DNA of 64,000 nucleotides from Argopecten irradians (Eukaryota): NCBI RefSeq assembly GCF_041381155.1, contig NC_091142.1, positions 29,933,528 to 29,997,527 of the forward strand, read 5' to 3'. Shown piece by piece: positions 61,601 to 64,000 of this stretch (position 1 is its first letter; each line of letters starts with the position of its first letter). The notes under the pieces were generated by a model. It saw only the letters and a program-made list of their open reading frames with translations, ran no database searches and was not told where the DNA came from. The position numbers and the translations under genes were made by a program.

Positions 61601-63276
61601 AAGTCTTTATTATGGTTGATTGGTAAATTGGGATGAAATTGGTGAAATAAGTGATACAGTTTTTCAGGTATTGCATGTTGTGTGTCTTTGTTTTTATTTC
61701 AATAGTGAAGTAGAAAGGCCTTTTAAAGTTGAAAGGTTTGCAATTTCATACTTTTCTAAACAACAAAAAGTGTCCACTTGTTATTATACAAAAGATTTAT
61801 GATACAAGGGAAAATGATTCTCTATCACAACGATTTTCTTTCTTCCACAATGTAAATTTACCAAGTTTCTCTTTTAGGATCAATAAATGGACCAAATTTA
61901 AAACCATTGTGCCCTGTGAATAAAGACCCTTTAGCCATGTAGTCTTACATCCTGTAGTCCTTTTGGCGACCTTTACTAGGCAGGTTTGGCTACTAGAATA
62001 TTTACTAAACATCTGTACCAAAATTGAAACTACTGTCAAACTTGCTTGAGCAAATCACCTGAAGTAAATAGTCACCTCCTTTATGCTGCCAAGCTGTGGT
62101 CCACCAAAAGCAAAATAATATATAATGAACCTTAAATAAGCCGTAAAATCTCTAATATGGCCAATGGTCACTATAATTTGCTTAGATTTGTTATCGACAA
62201 CCATATTCAGCAGTCATTTGGTTCGGAAGTTGACATCCACATGATCACATGACTACAGTATATACATGTATAAGCTATCATGTGATATCTATTATTTGAG
62301 ATTTTTATTTTTATTGTCAGAAATTTTTAAAGGTCACACTGAAATTTTTGAGTGTTATTATGCAAGCTGAATCTGCACTTTATGATAAACTTCATGTAAA
62401 ATGTAGTAAACAAACACCAATTGATGAGTATTTCAAAACAAAACAGACTTACAGTGTATCAATACATTATATGTACATGTATGTATTTAAACATTCCTTA
62501 TTGTGATTTTCAAGTGAACCTGGTTTTAACAGACACCTGTTTTAAGCAGCTTATATTTCTGTCAGTCCTTTGGGTGATCGCTTACTGCAAGCTTGACTGT
62601 ATATAAAGATTGATTCATTTCATAAGTTTTCCCATGTGTATATTGGCTATTATGTGAAATTTATCCTGCAATAGGTCCCAAGAGCAATCGCATTTACAAT
62701 CAAACCTCTATGATTCAAACTCTAAACTCTTCACAAATGAGTTTCCAACCAAAGTAAAATATTTCATGAATACCTCTCTTACTTGCTTTTCTAGTCAAAC
62801 TCTTACTACCAGAGGTGTGTTCTCCATTTGCCTACTTTTTAGAGAACAAAGAAAAGTGTTGGTATAGGAGAACAATGGAAAACCAATTACCAGTATAGTC
62901 AGTTCCATATTAATTTTTACCTGTGCTTACCTGTGTTCATTTATCTGAGCTACTTATAGTTTGTCAAAAGTGGGGGAATTGAGCTATGTATACCTGTATA
63001 ATTTTTATCATATGACTTCCCATACAAAAAAGCCATTTTATAAATCTGGTCATGATAATAAAACTATTTCCATAGATTAGAAAATGTAATTGGCGGCAGG
63101 TGCAAGCTTGTTAATTTTACATCAATTAGGAAAGAAGTTTTACAACTTATGCAAAAATCACTTCCAAATGGCCCAGATTGTAAGAGGTTTTAGAGCAGGA
63201 GGAAACCAGAAGTGTCCAGAGAAAACCCACGATCGATCATTGCTGTGTGACCAATAACCACATAATATTTTCAAGT

Positions 63277-63370
63277 TCTGTGCCGGAGATCAAATCCCGG
63301 ATGGACAGGTGGATTAGGCAAATGGCTTAACCAGCTACACACACCCGTATCACCCGGATTTTTTTTTTCT
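63277..63370 (-). ncRNA. tRNA-like sequence (possible SINE/tRNA pseudogene) adjacent to T10 run
   Basis: reverse complement GGGTGTGTGTAGCTGGTTAAGCCATTTGCC...CCGGGATTTGATCTCCGG has A-box-like TAGCTGGTTAAGC and T-arm-like stem-loop; weak. Confidence 0.2.
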
Positions 63371-64000
63371 TTTCTAAAAACATGTAAAAACATTGGAATC
63401 TAGATTACGATATTTCCATTAGATAGATTACACATTGTTCTTTTTTTTTTTTTTTCTTTTCATATGGAAAATTCGAGGTATTTGTGGAGAAAAGCCATTG
63501 GTGAAAGCTGCCAAGGTCCAGCAAGCAAGTCCATGAAGAACCTGGATGAGACAGGGACTGGTTGGTAGGCTGCTGTAAACACGCCATCATGTTGAAGGGT
63601 CTAAAACATGTTTCAAGGCGAGATATATGGCATACCCAATGGTTCTTCAATTTGACTCTCTTAGAGGACTTTAACAGCCTTCAGTTCATTCTGCCAAGAT
63701 GTGGTTTGTACCATACTTCATCCCTGGAAGTTGAAAGTTCTAGAAAAACAAATGACATTCAAGGGATTGAGAAAACTGAAATACTGCCAAACCATTCCTG
63801 AAGCCTCTGGCATGGGAAACACATGATTGGTCATGTCATGTAATTAAAAAATTACTCGCTCCATACTATTTTCTTTTCTTTTAAAACTCAAAAGCCAACA
63901 AATTAAGTACTTTGATACATGGAGGTCATTGTGTCCACAGAGGCAATTTTTTTTTTTTTTGCGGTTTAATATTAAATTGACTCTTGCCGTTGGACTCATC

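Noticed and set aside
1..64000. Possibility that the window is a prokaryotic accessory region carrying a defence system
   Set aside because: No dense co-directional ORF packing, no RBS/operon structure; instead GT-AG spliced orthologues of RNF34 and ASL, LTR/LINE elements, satellites and telomeric TTAGGG repeats indicate a metazoan nuclear genome

Overview
This window is eukaryotic nuclear DNA, not prokaryotic. It is AT-rich with GT-AG introns, retrotransposons, satellites and TTAGGG-like repeats, and is most likely from an invertebrate metazoan, possibly a mollusc. Two conserved host genes lie on the minus strand. The first is a complete five-exon RNF34/RFFL (CARP-family) E3 ubiquitin ligase with a FYVE-like N-terminus and a C-terminal RING (exons at 8836-12469). 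The second is the 3' part of argininosuccinate lyase (ASL; seven exons at 25355-29214), whose more 5' exons I could not locate. Between and around these genes the window is dense with repeats. There is a 72-bp satellite at the window start and a tandem MITE-like cluster. A 4.1-kb degenerate LTR retrotransposon (gag-PR-RT-IN, minus strand) has very short LTRs, a TGG primer-binding site (PBS) and a polypurine tract (PPT), and abuts a LINE fragment. An intact 463-aa retropepsin plus C2H2 zinc-finger ORF has no RT or IN partner. A 3.8-kb foldback or TIR element is present at 34185-37965. There are minisatellites and a 465-bp tandem repeat. An interstitial head-to-head telomeric repeat sits at 43486-43520. 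The most striking feature is a roughly 6.8-kb imperfect palindrome at about 45290-52075, centred near 48822. Each arm carries two copies of a ~1.1-kb repeat family that has poly-C/poly-G boundaries and a CCAAT box. No prokaryotic defence system, CRISPR array or operon structure is present. All calls rest on reading the sequence and ORF translations by eye; coordinates of splice sites and repeat boundaries are approximate to a few bases.
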